A stretch of 64,000 nucleotides of DNA, from the NCBI GenBank assembly GCA_963719495.1, contig CAVRCI010000011.1, forward strand, positions 128,001 to 192,000, in the 5' to 3' direction. Origin of the DNA: an uncultured Verrucomicrobiae bacterium (GTDB lineage Bacteria; Verrucomicrobiota; Verrucomicrobiia; Chthoniobacterales; JAATET01). A program made the position numbers and the translations under genes. A model generated the notes under the pieces. That model ran no database searches. It saw only the letters and a list, made by a program, of their open reading frames with translations, and was not told the origin of the DNA. Positions 10,318 through 20,872 of this stretch are shown here, piece after piece; within the stretch, counting starts at the first letter, position 1, and each line of letters opens with the position of its first letter.

Positions 10318-11142
10318 TCAAGGCGGCGTCGGTGGACGGTATTTCTCCGCGAGTTCTTCCCGCCAGCGGTCCAGTTCGTCCCGGAACGATTGGGGCGGAT
10401 CGAGCTGCGGCGCGTCGAACTTGTATTGGTAAGTCCGGACGTTCTCGCCGTCGTCGACGTAGACGGGCAGTCGGGAGGCGGCGTCGATCAGCGCGACCAG
10501 TGGACGGGCGTCGGCGGCCTGGGTGGCGGGACCTTCTTCGGCGTCGATCCTTCGCTGGGCGACCTCGCGGGGGGAGAGGCGTTTCCCGGCGGGCGTTACT
10601 GAATATTGAAGGAGAGTGCGGTCGCCGACTTCGTGCGTGGCGACGAAGTTCGCCGGGTCGATCCACTCGGCTGCTTCGAAGTCGCTCCGGGAGTAATCGG
10701 AAAAGTTGGACGGGTAGTTGACGAGATCGATTCTGGCGATGCGCTTCGACGTCGGGGTCTCGTAAACCTGGAGGCCCCCGGACACCCATTTTTCCGTTTT
10801 TCTTCCGCTCGCCCAGTGGGTGACTTCGCGGTAAAGCGTGCCCTGCTTGGAGACTACGATCTTCTCGACGACCGCGGCGGCGATGGATTCGGGAACCTCG
10901 TCTCCGGAGTCGGTGGGATCCGGTGCCTCCTCGGGCTTCAACGTTGCGGCGAGCGCCGCTTCCGGATTGCGTTCCACGGTGATCGTCCATTCGGATCGAT
11001 CCGGAGCGCGCATGGCCGGGAGGTCGGTCGATGTCTCGGATTGGGCGAAGCCGGACACCGCGATGGCGAGGGTGAGCAAGCAGGGCAATCCGAATGACCT
11101 GGCAAGGTGACGTTTTGGGTTTTGTTGAAGCGGCGGGGTCAT
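10318..11142 (-). CDS. Exported hypothetical protein inside the pilin-like cassette
   Basis: Signal peptide ending FA-Q; co-oriented and tightly packed in the cassette. Confidence 0.65.
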   Translation of the reverse strand: MTPPLQQNPKRHLARSFGLPCLLTLAIAVSGFAQSETSTDLPAMRAPDRSEWTITVERNPEAALAATLKPEEAPDPTDSGDEVPESIAAAVVEKIVVSKQGTLYREVTHWASGRKTEKWVSGGLQVYETPTSKRIARIDLVNYPSNFSDYSRSDFEAAEWIDPANFVATHEVGDRTLLQYSVTPAGKRLSPREVAQRRIDAEEGPATQAADARPLVALIDAASRLPVYVDDGENVRTYQYKFDAPQLDPPQSFRDELDRWREELAEKYRPPTPP

Positions 11143-11146
11143 CTGA

Positions 11147-14100
11147 TCAATCGTTGACCGCTTCGGCGAAGCGGGCGGTGACGCCGCCGGTGTAGCGGTC
11201 GATGGCGAGGTGAATCCAATAGCGTTGTTCCCCGGAGATCGAGAACTCGTCGAGCGTGGCCGCGCTGGCGGGGTAGCGACCGGATTGAACGATGAGGTCG
11301 ATGAGAAAGGCCCACGTCCGGGTCGTGCCGCCGTCCACCAGGGCGCGTAGGACATTCTGCCGTCGGACCTGCAATGTCCGATCCTCGGAGCTGCCGAGCT
11401 GGGCGGCGAGTTCGGTGGAGAAACCGGCGAAGTTTTCCGTCGCGGCCCCGCCGAGGTCGGGGTCAAAACGGCCGACGATCTCGGCCCGGTTGCGAAGCGG
11501 ACCTTCTCCGGGGTCGGTGCCGCTGGTCCATTCGACAAAAGCTTCGGCGATGGCGTTGGCCTCGCCGTCGGGGAGGACGGCACCGTCGGTCCGGGCGACG
11601 CCGCGAAGCAGCGCTTCGACGACCGGGGCCTGGCGGGTATTCAGATTGACTCGGCCGCTCACGATGGGTTCGGCAGTGGGCTCGTTCGGCTCGTGAATGC
11701 AGAAGACGTCGAGCAGCGCGACGTCGGCGCTCTTCGGCGTCCAGAAATCGAGTTGTTTCCAGGGCTGACCGCGAAAGGCGTAGCCCAGCTCCGCGACGGA
11801 GCGGAAGGGACGGTCGAGGATGACGGGGCGGCTGCCCAGGTTTCCGGTCGCGAACGGGAGGCCGAGGGTGCCCGCCCCGTCGAACTCGGCGGCCATCCCG
11901 GCGCGGATGACGCCGTCGGGGTCGCCGTAGTGGATGTCGTCGCTCGGGGAATTCCGGGCGATGGGCATCCAAAATCTCCAAGTCCCCGTGTCGTTGATCG
12001 TCCAGTTGACGGCATTTGGGTCGGTCGCGCCACCGTTGCTAAATTTGCCGAGCTGAAGCTGGGGTTCGGAGCCGTAGGGGGCGGGATACGGGTTGGCCGC
12101 CCAAGCCGACCAGCCCTGAAACCAATGCCGATACTCGTCGGTCGTGCCGGATTTGTGGACGTAGTTGTTCCCGTCGCGCGGGCCGTAGCGGTCGGTGCGC
12201 GGGTCGATCTTGAGCGAGAATCGCATCATGGGACGACCGCGATTGGTGACGCCGGCGGGGATGTCGTGCCACGCGGGATTGGACGCGCTGAAGGCTGGGA
12301 AGACGTCGTAGGTGGCCCAGCCCCCGGCGGGAGTGCGGTATTGAAGCTCGAAATCGATGCCATTTCCCAGCACGCGGCAGGAGCGAAACCACTGGTGGAC
12401 CTCGCCGTCGGTCGTGGGGCCGCCCCAGATCGTTCCGACCTTGAAACCGATCACGCTGGTTGCCGGAGTCGTCGCCCCATCGGCCTCCTCGTTGGGCTCC
12501 TCCCCGGCCAACACCGGCTGAGTCCAGTAACCGGTGGCTTCGCTGCCCGGCGGATAGTTTGGCGAGGAGAGTGTGTAGGGGTCCCGGAAGGCGGCTTTAC
12601 CAGTGGAAGTCGTGCTGAACGACATGACGTCCGTGGCCGGATTGAACGCGATGACCGCTCCGCCGGGTAAGCTGTTGTCCTGCGGATTGGAACTGGGAAA
12701 ATAGTCGACGTATCCGCCGATCCGCGGTGCCCAGGTCGAGTTCGCTCCGGCGAAAACGTCGAATCCGCTGGACGCCGTGATCCGGAACTCCGTCGGTCCA
12801 TCGCCGAGGTTCGTGGTGGGTGCGTGGGGATTCCAAAGCGTGGGCTGAAGCATGAGAGCGCATCGGTAAATGATCGGCGGCGTCTCCTCGGGCGATGGAG
12901 TGGCGGGCACGGGCACGGTGATGTCCGCCGGATCGACGATCTCGACCCGGTAGGGCGCGGTGCGGATGAGGTAGAGATACGGGAGATTCTCCGCGCCGAA
13001 AAAAGTGCGCCCCTCGAACTCGATGCGGGTTGGGTAGCTGTCGGCGTCGAACTGGTCGATGATGTTCGCGGCGATCTGGATGATCTGATAATTCACGCTG
13101 CCGTGCGAGCCGCCGATCAGCCGCGGTGATCCCGGCGGCTCGGGCGGTGAGGTGTTTTGAAATTGTCCGCCGAGCGAACCCACGCCGATGGCGGCCTTGA
13201 GCAACTCGACGAAATTGGGTTCGCGTCCGCTGATCTCTGACAAGCGCTTGATCTCGGTCGTGCTGCCGTCGACCTGGTAGCGCCACGCGTAGGAGCTGGC
13301 GTCCCACGTCAGGCCAAATTCGTCGGCAACTTCTCCAGGTTCGGGTGGGTCGGGGACTACGGCTTCGAGGCGGTCGAGCGGGAAACGGCGTTTGGCGACG
13401 GGATCTCCGTTCGAGTCGGTGACGGTGAGAAAATTCGGATTGATCCCGTCGTCGGATCCGTGGGCGTCGTTTCCACCAGAGGCCCGGTCACGCTGAATCT
13501 TCGGACGGCCCGGATCGGGGGCAAAGGACGGTTGGTCGAGGTCCGCGGAGAAGGTCGTGAGAAACGGAAGCGCGTCGGGGGTGATCGCACCGCTTCCGTG
13601 CGTCGCGACGTAGTCGAGTAGGTCTTGGCGACTGTAGAATCGATTTTCGCTGGCTCCGGAAGTGACGTAGGGGGCGCTGAATCCACGGGGTTCGCTCCAC
13701 TCGTTCACCAATTTCTCGTAACCGTTGGCGGATCCGGCGGTGAGTTTGTTCCGCCAAAGAAAAAAGTCTTCGATCGCCGCGCGGTCGCTCAAGCCGGGGA
13801 GAGCGGTCAGGTCCGCCCAGGCGACGGAGCCCTTGTCTGCCGCTTCGCTGGCGGCGGCGGCGGGGAACCCGGCGGCGTTGATGTCGAGGAGGCCGCCGAC
13901 GTCGTAGATGTTGTAGGCGAAACGGCCGATCACGTGGTCGCTATTGCCTTCCGTCGCATCGTTGAAGTCTCCGGGATTGCCTCCGTCGGCGAGCGGCCCA
14001 TCGCGCGAGATGAGGATCCAGTCGGGGAGTTGATCGGTCGCGGTGAAGCCGCCGCCGCCGAGGAGGCGGGGTTGGTTCCAGCGCTCGGTGCTGACGAGTC

Positions 14101-14587
14101 GACCGGAGGTGCTGGGGTCGGCGGTGCTCACGCTGGACCCGCGCGTGCGACCCTCGGCGTTGGCCGCCGAGCCTTTGGCCGTGAAGGTTGCGGGGTTAGT
14201 GCCGGGGTAGAACGGGGCGGAGCGGCGACTTTGTTTGACGAGATTGGCAAACTCGGGGTCGGCTGGAGCGATGGTCGCCGCGAGCACGCGACCGGGGACC
14301 ATGGCCCAGGGTTGGGAGACGAGGAACGGATCGCCGTCGGCGGGCGGAGCGGCGCCGTCCGATCCGGCGAGCATTTCCTGCCGAATGTCGGCGACGATGG
14401 CTGCCGTGGCGGTCTCGGCCAGGAGTTCGGTGTGGGTTATGGCGGCGCTGGACGTGCTGCGTTTGAGCGAGCTTCGCGTGGTGGCGAGATAGGTGAGGAG
14501 AATGACCGTGATCAATACGACGAAAGCCAGCACGATGAGTAACGCGCTGGCCGTTGTCGGGCGGGGATGAGGAAGTCGGTGGCTCAC
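11147..14587 (-). CDS. Large PilX-type protein (Verru_Chthon cassette A-like)
   Basis: SALLIVLAFVVLITVILL N-terminus; GRFAYNIYD.GGLLDIN; RPFRSVAELG; GRVNLNT; GTG start overlaps upstream TGA. Confidence 0.82.
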   Translation of the reverse strand: MSHRLPHPRPTTASALLIVLAFVVLITVILLTYLATTRSSLKRSTSSAAITHTELLAETATAAIVADIRQEMLAGSDGAAPPADGDPFLVSQPWAMVPGRVLAATIAPADPEFANLVKQSRRSAPFYPGTNPATFTAKGSAANAEGRTRGSSVSTADPSTSGRLVSTERWNQPRLLGGGGFTATDQLPDWILISRDGPLADGGNPGDFNDATEGNSDHVIGRFAYNIYDVGGLLDINAAGFPAAAASEAADKGSVAWADLTALPGLSDRAAIEDFFLWRNKLTAGSANGYEKLVNEWSEPRGFSAPYVTSGASENRFYSRQDLLDYVATHGSGAITPDALPFLTTFSADLDQPSFAPDPGRPKIQRDRASGGNDAHGSDDGINPNFLTVTDSNGDPVAKRRFPLDRLEAVVPDPPEPGEVADEFGLTWDASSYAWRYQVDGSTTEIKRLSEISGREPNFVELLKAAIGVGSLGGQFQNTSPPEPPGSPRLIGGSHGSVNYQIIQIAANIIDQFDADSYPTRIEFEGRTFFGAENLPYLYLIRTAPYRVEIVDPADITVPVPATPSPEETPPIIYRCALMLQPTLWNPHAPTTNLGDGPTEFRITASSGFDVFAGANSTWAPRIGGYVDYFPSSNPQDNSLPGGAVIAFNPATDVMSFSTTSTGKAAFRDPYTLSSPNYPPGSEATGYWTQPVLAGEEPNEEADGATTPATSVIGFKVGTIWGGPTTDGEVHQWFRSCRVLGNGIDFELQYRTPAGGWATYDVFPAFSASNPAWHDIPAGVTNRGRPMMRFSLKIDPRTDRYGPRDGNNYVHKSGTTDEYRHWFQGWSAWAANPYPAPYGSEPQLQLGKFSNGGATDPNAVNWTINDTGTWRFWMPIARNSPSDDIHYGDPDGVIRAGMAAEFDGAGTLGLPFATGNLGSRPVILDRPFRSVAELGYAFRGQPWKQLDFWTPKSADVALLDVFCIHEPNEPTAEPIVSGRVNLNTRQAPVVEALLRGVARTDGAVLPDGEANAIAEAFVEWTSGTDPGEGPLRNRAEIVGRFDPDLGGAATENFAGFSTELAAQLGSSEDRTLQVRRQNVLRALVDGGTTRTWAFLIDLIVQSGRYPASAATLDEFSISGEQRYWIHLAIDRYTGGVTARFAEAVND

Positions 14588-15372
14588 GGGAGGGGGAGGT
14601 AGCGTTGGTTGAAGCGGACGTTCCGGCCGACGAAGGGCGGGTAGGCGGAGAAATCGCCGACGGTCCACGCGGTCGACGGCGCCGACCCATTCGCCGCGTC
14701 GGGCAGGGCGGTCGCGAGGGAAGCGCGTTGGGCGGAGGTGAGTTTGGCCAGGGAATCGGCGTCGAGCGATGCGGTGGCGCAAACCACGGCGGAGATCTCG
14801 TCCGCTGGCGGTGGGGTGGCGACGAGTGTCCCGTCGGTTGTCAGGAAGGCGAGTTCCAGCCGGAAGACGCCGCGTCCGAGTGGCTGGAGGTCGGCGGCCG
14901 CCGAGGGATCGACCCGGGTGACGTCATCGGTCCAGAGAAACGGCTCCGCGCAACGCAGGAGGGCCGTCGAGGCGTATCCCGGCGAAGTCGACGTCGCCTC
15001 GCCCACTTCGTAACCGATCCGGGCGAAACGCGACGCGGCGCTGGTGGTCCGCGTGGCGGCGAGGAAGCGGATCGCGTCGTTGGGTGACGTGACCGAGCCG
15101 ACGGCCTGGGAATTTTTGAGAAACTCGATCCCAATGCCGCCGCGGCGAACGCTGGCGTCGAGGTCGAACGCGAGTCGGTCGAAGATTGTCCGGGATTCGT
15201 TGCCGCTCTCGATCCGGTCGGTCGAGGAATCGGTGAGGCCGACGAAATTCGAGAAGAGGCCCGCCAGGATCGTCGTGAGCAGCGCGAGGACCGCGCACGT
15301 GACGAGAATCTCGAGGATGGTGAACGCGTCGGATCGGCGGGCGGGTCTGGGGGAAGACGGCATCGGGGGCAC
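14584..15372 (-). CDS. Prepilin-like protein (Verru_Chthon cassette C / PilW-like)
   Basis: A^FTILEILV signal; FDRLAFDL. Confidence 0.8.
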   Translation of the reverse strand: MPPMPSSPRPARRSDAFTILEILVTCAVLALLTTILAGLFSNFVGLTDSSTDRIESGNESRTIFDRLAFDLDASVRRGGIGIEFLKNSQAVGSVTSPNDAIRFLAATRTTSAASRFARIGYEVGEATSTSPGYASTALLRCAEPFLWTDDVTRVDPSAAADLQPLGRGVFRLELAFLTTDGTLVATPPPADEISAVVCATASLDADSLAKLTSAQRASLATALPDAANGSAPSTAWTVGDFSAYPPFVGRNVRFNQRYLPLP

Positions 15373-15377
15373 CGGGG

Positions 15378-15860
15378 TTACATTGCCGCCTTCATCGCGA
15401 CGCTTTCGACGGGGCTTCCGAGGGTCTTGTCGCCGGCACCGGGGGCGGTGCGTTGGATGCGCAAGAAGAGGCGGTAGTTGGCGAAGCGCGACGCCGGGGC
15501 CTCGACCGCGTAATTGACTTTAAACCGTTGATCCATGGCGGCGATTTGAAAATTTTCGTCCAAGCCGATGGAACCTTCGGTCGCCGACGCGCCGATGGCG
15601 GGAAGCTGGATTCCGTAGGCTGTCGAGTGCGTCTGCCCGGTGGGGATGGATCGAAAGTCGGCGGCGACGGCCGAGAGCACTTCGAGCGCCAGTAATTGGT
15701 CGGTGGATTGGCGCTCCTGCTGAAGTCCGACGGACGCGAGCCCGAGCATGGCGACGAGGCAATACGACATCAACCCGATGGCCATCGTCACTTCGACCAG
15801 TGAGAAGCCGCCGGTCAGTCCGACACGACGGGATGGGCAATGGGGAGGAGAGACTTGCAT
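15378..15860 (-). CDS. Prepilin-like protein (Verru_Chthon cassette B / PilV-like)
   Basis: G^FSLVEVTMAIG...MLGL..VGL. Confidence 0.82.
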   Translation of the reverse strand: MQVSPPHCPSRRVGLTGGFSLVEVTMAIGLMSYCLVAMLGLASVGLQQERQSTDQLLALEVLSAVAADFRSIPTGQTHSTAYGIQLPAIGASATEGSIGLDENFQIAAMDQRFKVNYAVEAPASRFANYRLFLRIQRTAPGAGDKTLGSPVESVAMKAAM

Positions 15861-15984
15861 GCGGGGGGGAATTGGAAAAGTGCCGGGAAACGAGGGTCGT
15901 TGCGATGCGGGAGTTTCAGGACGGCTCGCCGGAGAAAAACTTCTCGCATCGCCGGAAGCATCCGCTATATCCTTTTAGCTGTCA

Positions 15985-17319
15985 ATGAAGTTGCCGCGAA
16001 ATTTGCGAAGGAGTCGGTCGGCGGTGGCGGGATGTCTGATCCTGGCGGTGGCGGTGGCGGCGATCGCTCGGGGCGGTTCGGTTCCGCTTGTGGCCGGGCC
16101 GCCGGTCGAGGTGGCGCGGAGTGCCGACGCGCGGAACGCGCCCTTGGTCTCGCCGAGTCTGCTGCGGCTGGATGGGGGGCGATTGGTCGCGACTTACACG
16201 GAGGTGAGCAAGCGGGATGCGGAGGGACGAGATGAACAGGTGATGCTGACGTCCGGCGACGGGGGACAGCGGTGGGACGAGCGCGCGAGGTTGGCCGCGG
16301 TGCAGGGGCGGGTTTTTGCCAGTGGGGATGATCTGTATTATTTGGCGACGGGTCCGGGACTTCCGATCAGTAAGTCGGAGGATCGCGGGGAGACCTGGAG
16401 CGAGCCGGTCGACCTCACGGATCGGAGCCAAACGTGGCAGCAGACGGCGGCGAACGTTTGGTATGCCAATGGGAACGTCTACGTCGCGATGGATCTGCGG
16501 ATGCGCGAGATCGACGCGTGGGGAGCGGGTGAAAAAGCTCCCGTGTTGCTGCGGGCGCGGGTAGGGGACGAGCTGACGGACCCCGCGAGTTGGACGTTCT
16601 CCGAGTCGATGGCGTTCGCCGACCTCATCCCCGGCTACCGGGAGAACGAGCCGGAGATCGATTTCTTCGGCATCCCCTTCTATCGGCAGGAATACCCGGA
16701 GCGGGCGCGAATCGTTCCGGGTAGATCCTTTTCGCCGATGGGGTGGGCCGAGGGAAACGTGGTGCAGATCCTCGATCCCGACGACTACTGGTTCGACGAG
16801 TCGGGGCGGACGTTTCACATCTTTCTGCGGGCGCTCACCGGGATGGCGAACTACGCCGCGGTGATCAAAGTGGTCGAGCGTGCCGACGGGTCGATGACGA
16901 CGGAGGTCGAGCGGGCTCCGTCGGGCAAAAAACTGCTCTTTCTTCCATTCCCGGGTGGTCAGATGCGGTTTCACGTCCTCTACGACGAGGCGACGAAACT
17001 CTACTGGCTGCTGTCGAATCAGACCACGGATTCGATGAAGCGAGCGGATCGTCTGCCGGAGGACCGGCATGATCTGGCCTACGGGGAGCGTCACCGGCTG
17101 GTGCTCCATTTTTCGAAGAACATGGTGGACTGGTGTTTCGCCGGGGTAGTGGCGATCGGCGAGAGCGCGAAGGCATCCCGACACTACGCGGCGATGGATT
17201 TCGACGGGGACGACCTCGTGATCCTATCCCGCAGCGGAGACGAGGACGCGCACGATGCGCACGACGGCAACCTCATTACTTTTCACCGCATCAAGGATTT
17301 CCGCGAACTGGTTTACTGA
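15985..17319 (+). CDS. Secreted BNR/Asp-box beta-propeller (sialidase-like)
   Basis: Signal peptide; Asp boxes SGDGGQRW and SEDRGETW; C-terminal LITFHRIKDFR. Confidence 0.78.
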   Translation: MKLPRNLRRSRSAVAGCLILAVAVAAIARGGSVPLVAGPPVEVARSADARNAPLVSPSLLRLDGGRLVATYTEVSKRDAEGRDEQVMLTSGDGGQRWDERARLAAVQGRVFASGDDLYYLATGPGLPISKSEDRGETWSEPVDLTDRSQTWQQTAANVWYANGNVYVAMDLRMREIDAWGAGEKAPVLLRARVGDELTDPASWTFSESMAFADLIPGYRENEPEIDFFGIPFYRQEYPERARIVPGRSFSPMGWAEGNVVQILDPDDYWFDESGRTFHIFLRALTGMANYAAVIKVVERADGSMTTEVERAPSGKKLLFLPFPGGQMRFHVLYDEATKLYWLLSNQTTDSMKRADRLPEDRHDLAYGERHRLVLHFSKNMVDWCFAGVVAIGESAKASRHYAAMDFDGDDLVILSRSGDEDAHDAHDGNLITFHRIKDFRELVY

Positions 17320-17336
17320 AGCTGCTGACTCCCTCT

Positions 17337-18065
17337 ATGAAAACACCTCATCCCTTCCCAAGATTTTCCCGTTTGGGAGCCATCCTTGCCCTGACCGCCG
17401 CGGCGCATCTGCCAGCCGAAGTGCTCGTTGGCTGGAACCCGCAGGGGTTCATCTACGTCGGACCCGACCGAGCCGCCGCTCCCGACCCGTGGTTCGAAGC
17501 GCGTCTCGATCGGGATGGGCATCCGGTAGGCGTGGTTCACGTGGCCGATCACGTGAAGCTCGTGGAGGGGCTCACACGAGGAAGTGCGTGGCGGGCCGGT
17601 GCCCTGAACCACGGCTGGGGTGGCCGGATGAACCCGGCGGCGACCTACGATCAGGAAGAAGCGGCGGATACCGGAACCTGGATTCAATTTAAAATCGCTC
17701 CGGATGACGGCTGCGAGTTGTCGCTCGAGTCCCTCTCGGCGAACGTGCGGCTACCTCCCGTGGGGGCTGAATATTTTTACCGTTGGCAATATGCGGTCGG
17801 CACCGGGAAATTCGAGGACATCGGGGACGTGGTGGAGGGAACTTACGGATCGGTCGCGCGGCCCGGTGACGACGGATTTGCGCTGCCGGTTGTCGAGCTG
17901 TCGGGGGTCGAGGCTCTACAGGGTCTCGCGGAACCGGTGACATTGCGCATTCTCGTGTGGATGGCCCCCGATTACCTGCCTGAGGCTGACTTCGCCTGGA
18001 TTTTTGGCCGGACGTCGGGCGATGACCTAACGTTGCGGGGGAGCGTGACGCGGGTGTCCCGGTGA
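17337..18065 (+). CDS. Secreted hypothetical beta-rich protein
   Basis: Signal peptide; directly follows the upstream gene. Confidence 0.62.
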   Translation: MKTPHPFPRFSRLGAILALTAAAHLPAEVLVGWNPQGFIYVGPDRAAAPDPWFEARLDRDGHPVGVVHVADHVKLVEGLTRGSAWRAGALNHGWGGRMNPAATYDQEEAADTGTWIQFKIAPDDGCELSLESLSANVRLPPVGAEYFYRWQYAVGTGKFEDIGDVVEGTYGSVARPGDDGFALPVVELSGVEALQGLAEPVTLRILVWMAPDYLPEADFAWIFGRTSGDDLTLRGSVTRVSR

Positions 18066-18309
18066 CGTTCTTGACCGAGGCCGTCGGGCTTGGACGCCGC
18101 TTGGCTTTTGCGATAGTTCCCTTGAGAACGCAGGCCTGACGGGCGGGGGTGACGATCATCGAAGCGACGGCGCGGGCGGAGCGAGGGGGTGGATGGGCGG
18201 CGGTCCGGGATACCGGGTCGGCGGGGCTGAGCCGAGGGTGAACGCGTTGGCTCGGGTGGGGCCGAGCTAATCAACGGGACGGGCGATCCGTCTCGGGTAG
18301 GCTCATCTC

Positions 18310-19455
18310 ATGATGTCTTTTCGAATCTGCACGGTTTTGGCCGCAACTATTTTCACGATGCCAGTCGTTTCGGCGGAATTTCCGGTTGGGTTGCATCGGT
18401 CGAACCTTCCTTGGCACGAGGATGGGGATCTGGGGGCGGCGGAGGAGTTGATCGACGAGATGGCGGCGGCGGGGGCGGCGTTCATTCGGTTGTCGGTGAA
18501 CAATCGGAAGGAATTCGACCTGGTCGCGGCGCACATCAAAATGTGCGAGGCGAAGGGGATGCGGACGGTGCTGCTGCTTTCGATCACGGGGGAGCCGCTG
18601 ATTTATCCGGATGGGGCGGAGCGGCGTGCGGGGCGCGAGCCGCTTTGGCCTTCGTATCTGCACTCGCAGATCGATCCGGAGAAGTTTCGCGAATGGACGA
18701 CGGATCTTTGTGAATTTCTTAAGAAGGAGAACGCGATTCCGGGAGCGCTTCAGGTGGGCAACGAGGTGAATTGGGCGGGGTTCAACGGGGACTTCGAAAT
18801 TCTTCTTTCGGGGGAGGGTCATGGATTCGACGGGAATTCGAAGTGGGACGATCTGCCGGAACCGGTGCGGATGGGGGCTCGGAAGTGCGGGCAGATCGCG
18901 GTGATCGCGAAGGAGGCGGTGGACGCGGTGTTCGCGGACGGGCGGAAGCCGGAGGTGATTTTTGGGGCGCTGAACAAACCGGAGGACGATGGTTGGCTGG
19001 CGCGGAGTGGCGGGACTTACCTCGTGCCGGAGGTTTATCTGGAGATCGCGGCGGGGACGCTTCCGGGGATGCCGGAGACGGAGAAGGAGAACTATCTGGA
19101 GAAGCTGGATGGGATCTCGGTTCACTTTTATCCGAAGATCAACCGGACGAATCTGCGGCAGGGCAAGCAGTTCAGTCGCGAGTATCTGCGGGATTTCATG
19201 GGGCCGGTGAGCAAGGTGACGAAGCTGCCGATCTACGTGTCGGAATTCGGCTTCCCGAAGGAGTATTTCGACAGTGAAGAGGATCGGGCGGAGGCGTTCG
19301 AGGACTTTTTGGGGGCGATGCGATCGAGCGACTATCCGTGGCGGGCGGTGGCGGTTTTCAGTTGGGACCAGATGGTGCACGCGATCCGCGATCCGGCGAC
19401 GGGGACGGCGGATGATTTGTTCATTGAGGCGCTCGGGTGGAAGCGGGGGGAGTGA
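18310..19455 (+). CDS. Secreted TIM-barrel glycoside hydrolase-like protein (clan GH-A-like)
   Basis: Signal peptide; QVGNEVN (acid/base), ISVHFYP, IYVSEFG (nucleophile). Confidence 0.72.
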   Translation: MMSFRICTVLAATIFTMPVVSAEFPVGLHRSNLPWHEDGDLGAAEELIDEMAAAGAAFIRLSVNNRKEFDLVAAHIKMCEAKGMRTVLLLSITGEPLIYPDGAERRAGREPLWPSYLHSQIDPEKFREWTTDLCEFLKKENAIPGALQVGNEVNWAGFNGDFEILLSGEGHGFDGNSKWDDLPEPVRMGARKCGQIAVIAKEAVDAVFADGRKPEVIFGALNKPEDDGWLARSGGTYLVPEVYLEIAAGTLPGMPETEKENYLEKLDGISVHFYPKINRTNLRQGKQFSREYLRDFMGPVSKVTKLPIYVSEFGFPKEYFDSEEDRAEAFEDFLGAMRSSDYPWRAVAVFSWDQMVHAIRDPATGTADDLFIEALGWKRGE

Positions 19456-19596
19456 CGGCTTCGCCGTTAGGGTTGGTGCGGTCCGGCGGCTGCCGGACCG
19501 CTCCTTGAAACTTCGGCTCTCTCGCTTTGCTCGACTTGCCTCGCGTGACGCGGCGGGACGCCGCATCTCGCACGCGGGGACGCGTGCGTTCCCCAT

Positions 19597-20757
19597 CTAT
19601 TCCAGGAGTTGGGCGCAGACTTTTTTGGCGTCGAGGTGGGTCTCGGCGAACTTTTTTGCGGCCTGGCAGTGGTGGTCGTAGTTCGTGGCGACTTCGGCGA
19701 TGGCTTTGGCGGCTTTTTCCATTGTGGTGAAGGCGAGGATGCCTTCGCCGGCGGGGAGGTGTGCCGTCCAGCCGGTGTCTTGGACGACGACGGGCTTGCC
19801 TAAGGCCAGGTAACAGGCGCTGCGGCAGCTGAACCAGCCGCTGTGGCTTTTGACGTAGCCGTTCTTGGCGATGCTCCACTCGGCTTTGCTGTTGGCTAGG
19901 AAATCGTGGTAGGTGGCGTAGTCGGGGAGGTGGACGTCGGGTTCGATGATCTCCCAGCCGGCGGCGCGGATCTCGTCGGTGGGGCGGCTGCGCCCGACGC
20001 CCTGGCCCATGGCGAGGACGAAGCGTTCGGTGGTGTGGCGGGGGAGGTCGAGGAAGCGGCGAAATTCGAGGTCCTTGTTGCCGTAGGTCTCACCGTCGAA
20101 TTCCTGGGGCGGGTAGCTGGCCCAGTTCATGACGGTGGTCCAGGCTTCGCGGGCGACGTGGGTCGCGGTGGGCGGGAGGAGGTTTTTCCGCCACCAGTCG
20201 ATGGCGATGGGTTGGACGGTGGGTTTCCAATCGAAGCCGGCGGTGGGAACTTTGCAGCCGGGCTGGCCGACGTTGAGGCCGAAGGTGAGGTGGTCGGTGT
20301 GGGCTCGGAGGTGGTCGATGTAGCCTTGGCGTTCCAGGTTGGTGAGGCCGATGTGGGTGAACATGGGGTCGCCGTCGACGAAGAGTTTGCGCGGGATGGC
20401 GGCGGTGCAGTCGCGGAGCCAGCAGGCACCGGAGACGTTGACGAGGACGTCGGCTTCGCGAATGACGCGCTCCGAGTCGTCGCCGGCGGGGCCGTGGTAG
20501 CGGCCGTCGGCTTCGTTGCGGTAGATCCACCGGTCGCCGAGGTCGAACTCGTGCATGACGCGTTCGAGGTAGTTGACGTTGTGGTGGCAGTCGGCGGACG
20601 GCTCCTGAGCGACGGGGTCGTAGGCCCAGGTGGCGGTGTCTTCGAGATACCAGACGTCGTGGCCGAGGTCGCGGAAGCCGAGGACGTATTGGACGTAGTC
20701 CCAGGTGACGCCGCCGAAGGCGTAGTTGCCGATGAGGCCGGTGACGAGGATGCGCAT
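19597..20757 (-). CDS. Uncharacterised GT-B-like glycosyltransferase
   Basis: GGVTW..QY..G...LGHDVWYLED; AKNGYV...SGWFSCRSACYLALGKPVVVQDTG. Confidence 0.65.
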   Translation of the reverse strand: MRILVTGLIGNYAFGGVTWDYVQYVLGFRDLGHDVWYLEDTATWAYDPVAQEPSADCHHNVNYLERVMHEFDLGDRWIYRNEADGRYHGPAGDDSERVIREADVLVNVSGACWLRDCTAAIPRKLFVDGDPMFTHIGLTNLERQGYIDHLRAHTDHLTFGLNVGQPGCKVPTAGFDWKPTVQPIAIDWWRKNLLPPTATHVAREAWTTVMNWASYPPQEFDGETYGNKDLEFRRFLDLPRHTTERFVLAMGQGVGRSRPTDEIRAAGWEIIEPDVHLPDYATYHDFLANSKAEWSIAKNGYVKSHSGWFSCRSACYLALGKPVVVQDTGWTAHLPAGEGILAFTTMEKAAKAIAEVATNYDHHCQAAKKFAETHLDAKKVCAQLLE

Positions 20758-20764
20758 TTTGAGC

Positions 20765-20799
20765 TGGTGATTGGTGACTGGTGAATGGTGATTGGTGGA
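20765..20799. repeat. Heptamer tandem repeat (TGGTGAN)x5
   Basis: tggtgat tggtgac tggtgaa tggtgat tggtgga read directly. Confidence 0.75.
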
Positions 20800-20872
20800 G
20801 GGCGGGCGGCTCTCTCGCTTCGCTCGATTTGCCGGGCGCTTTCAAGCTGGGAGGTTGTGCTACGGTGTGGCG

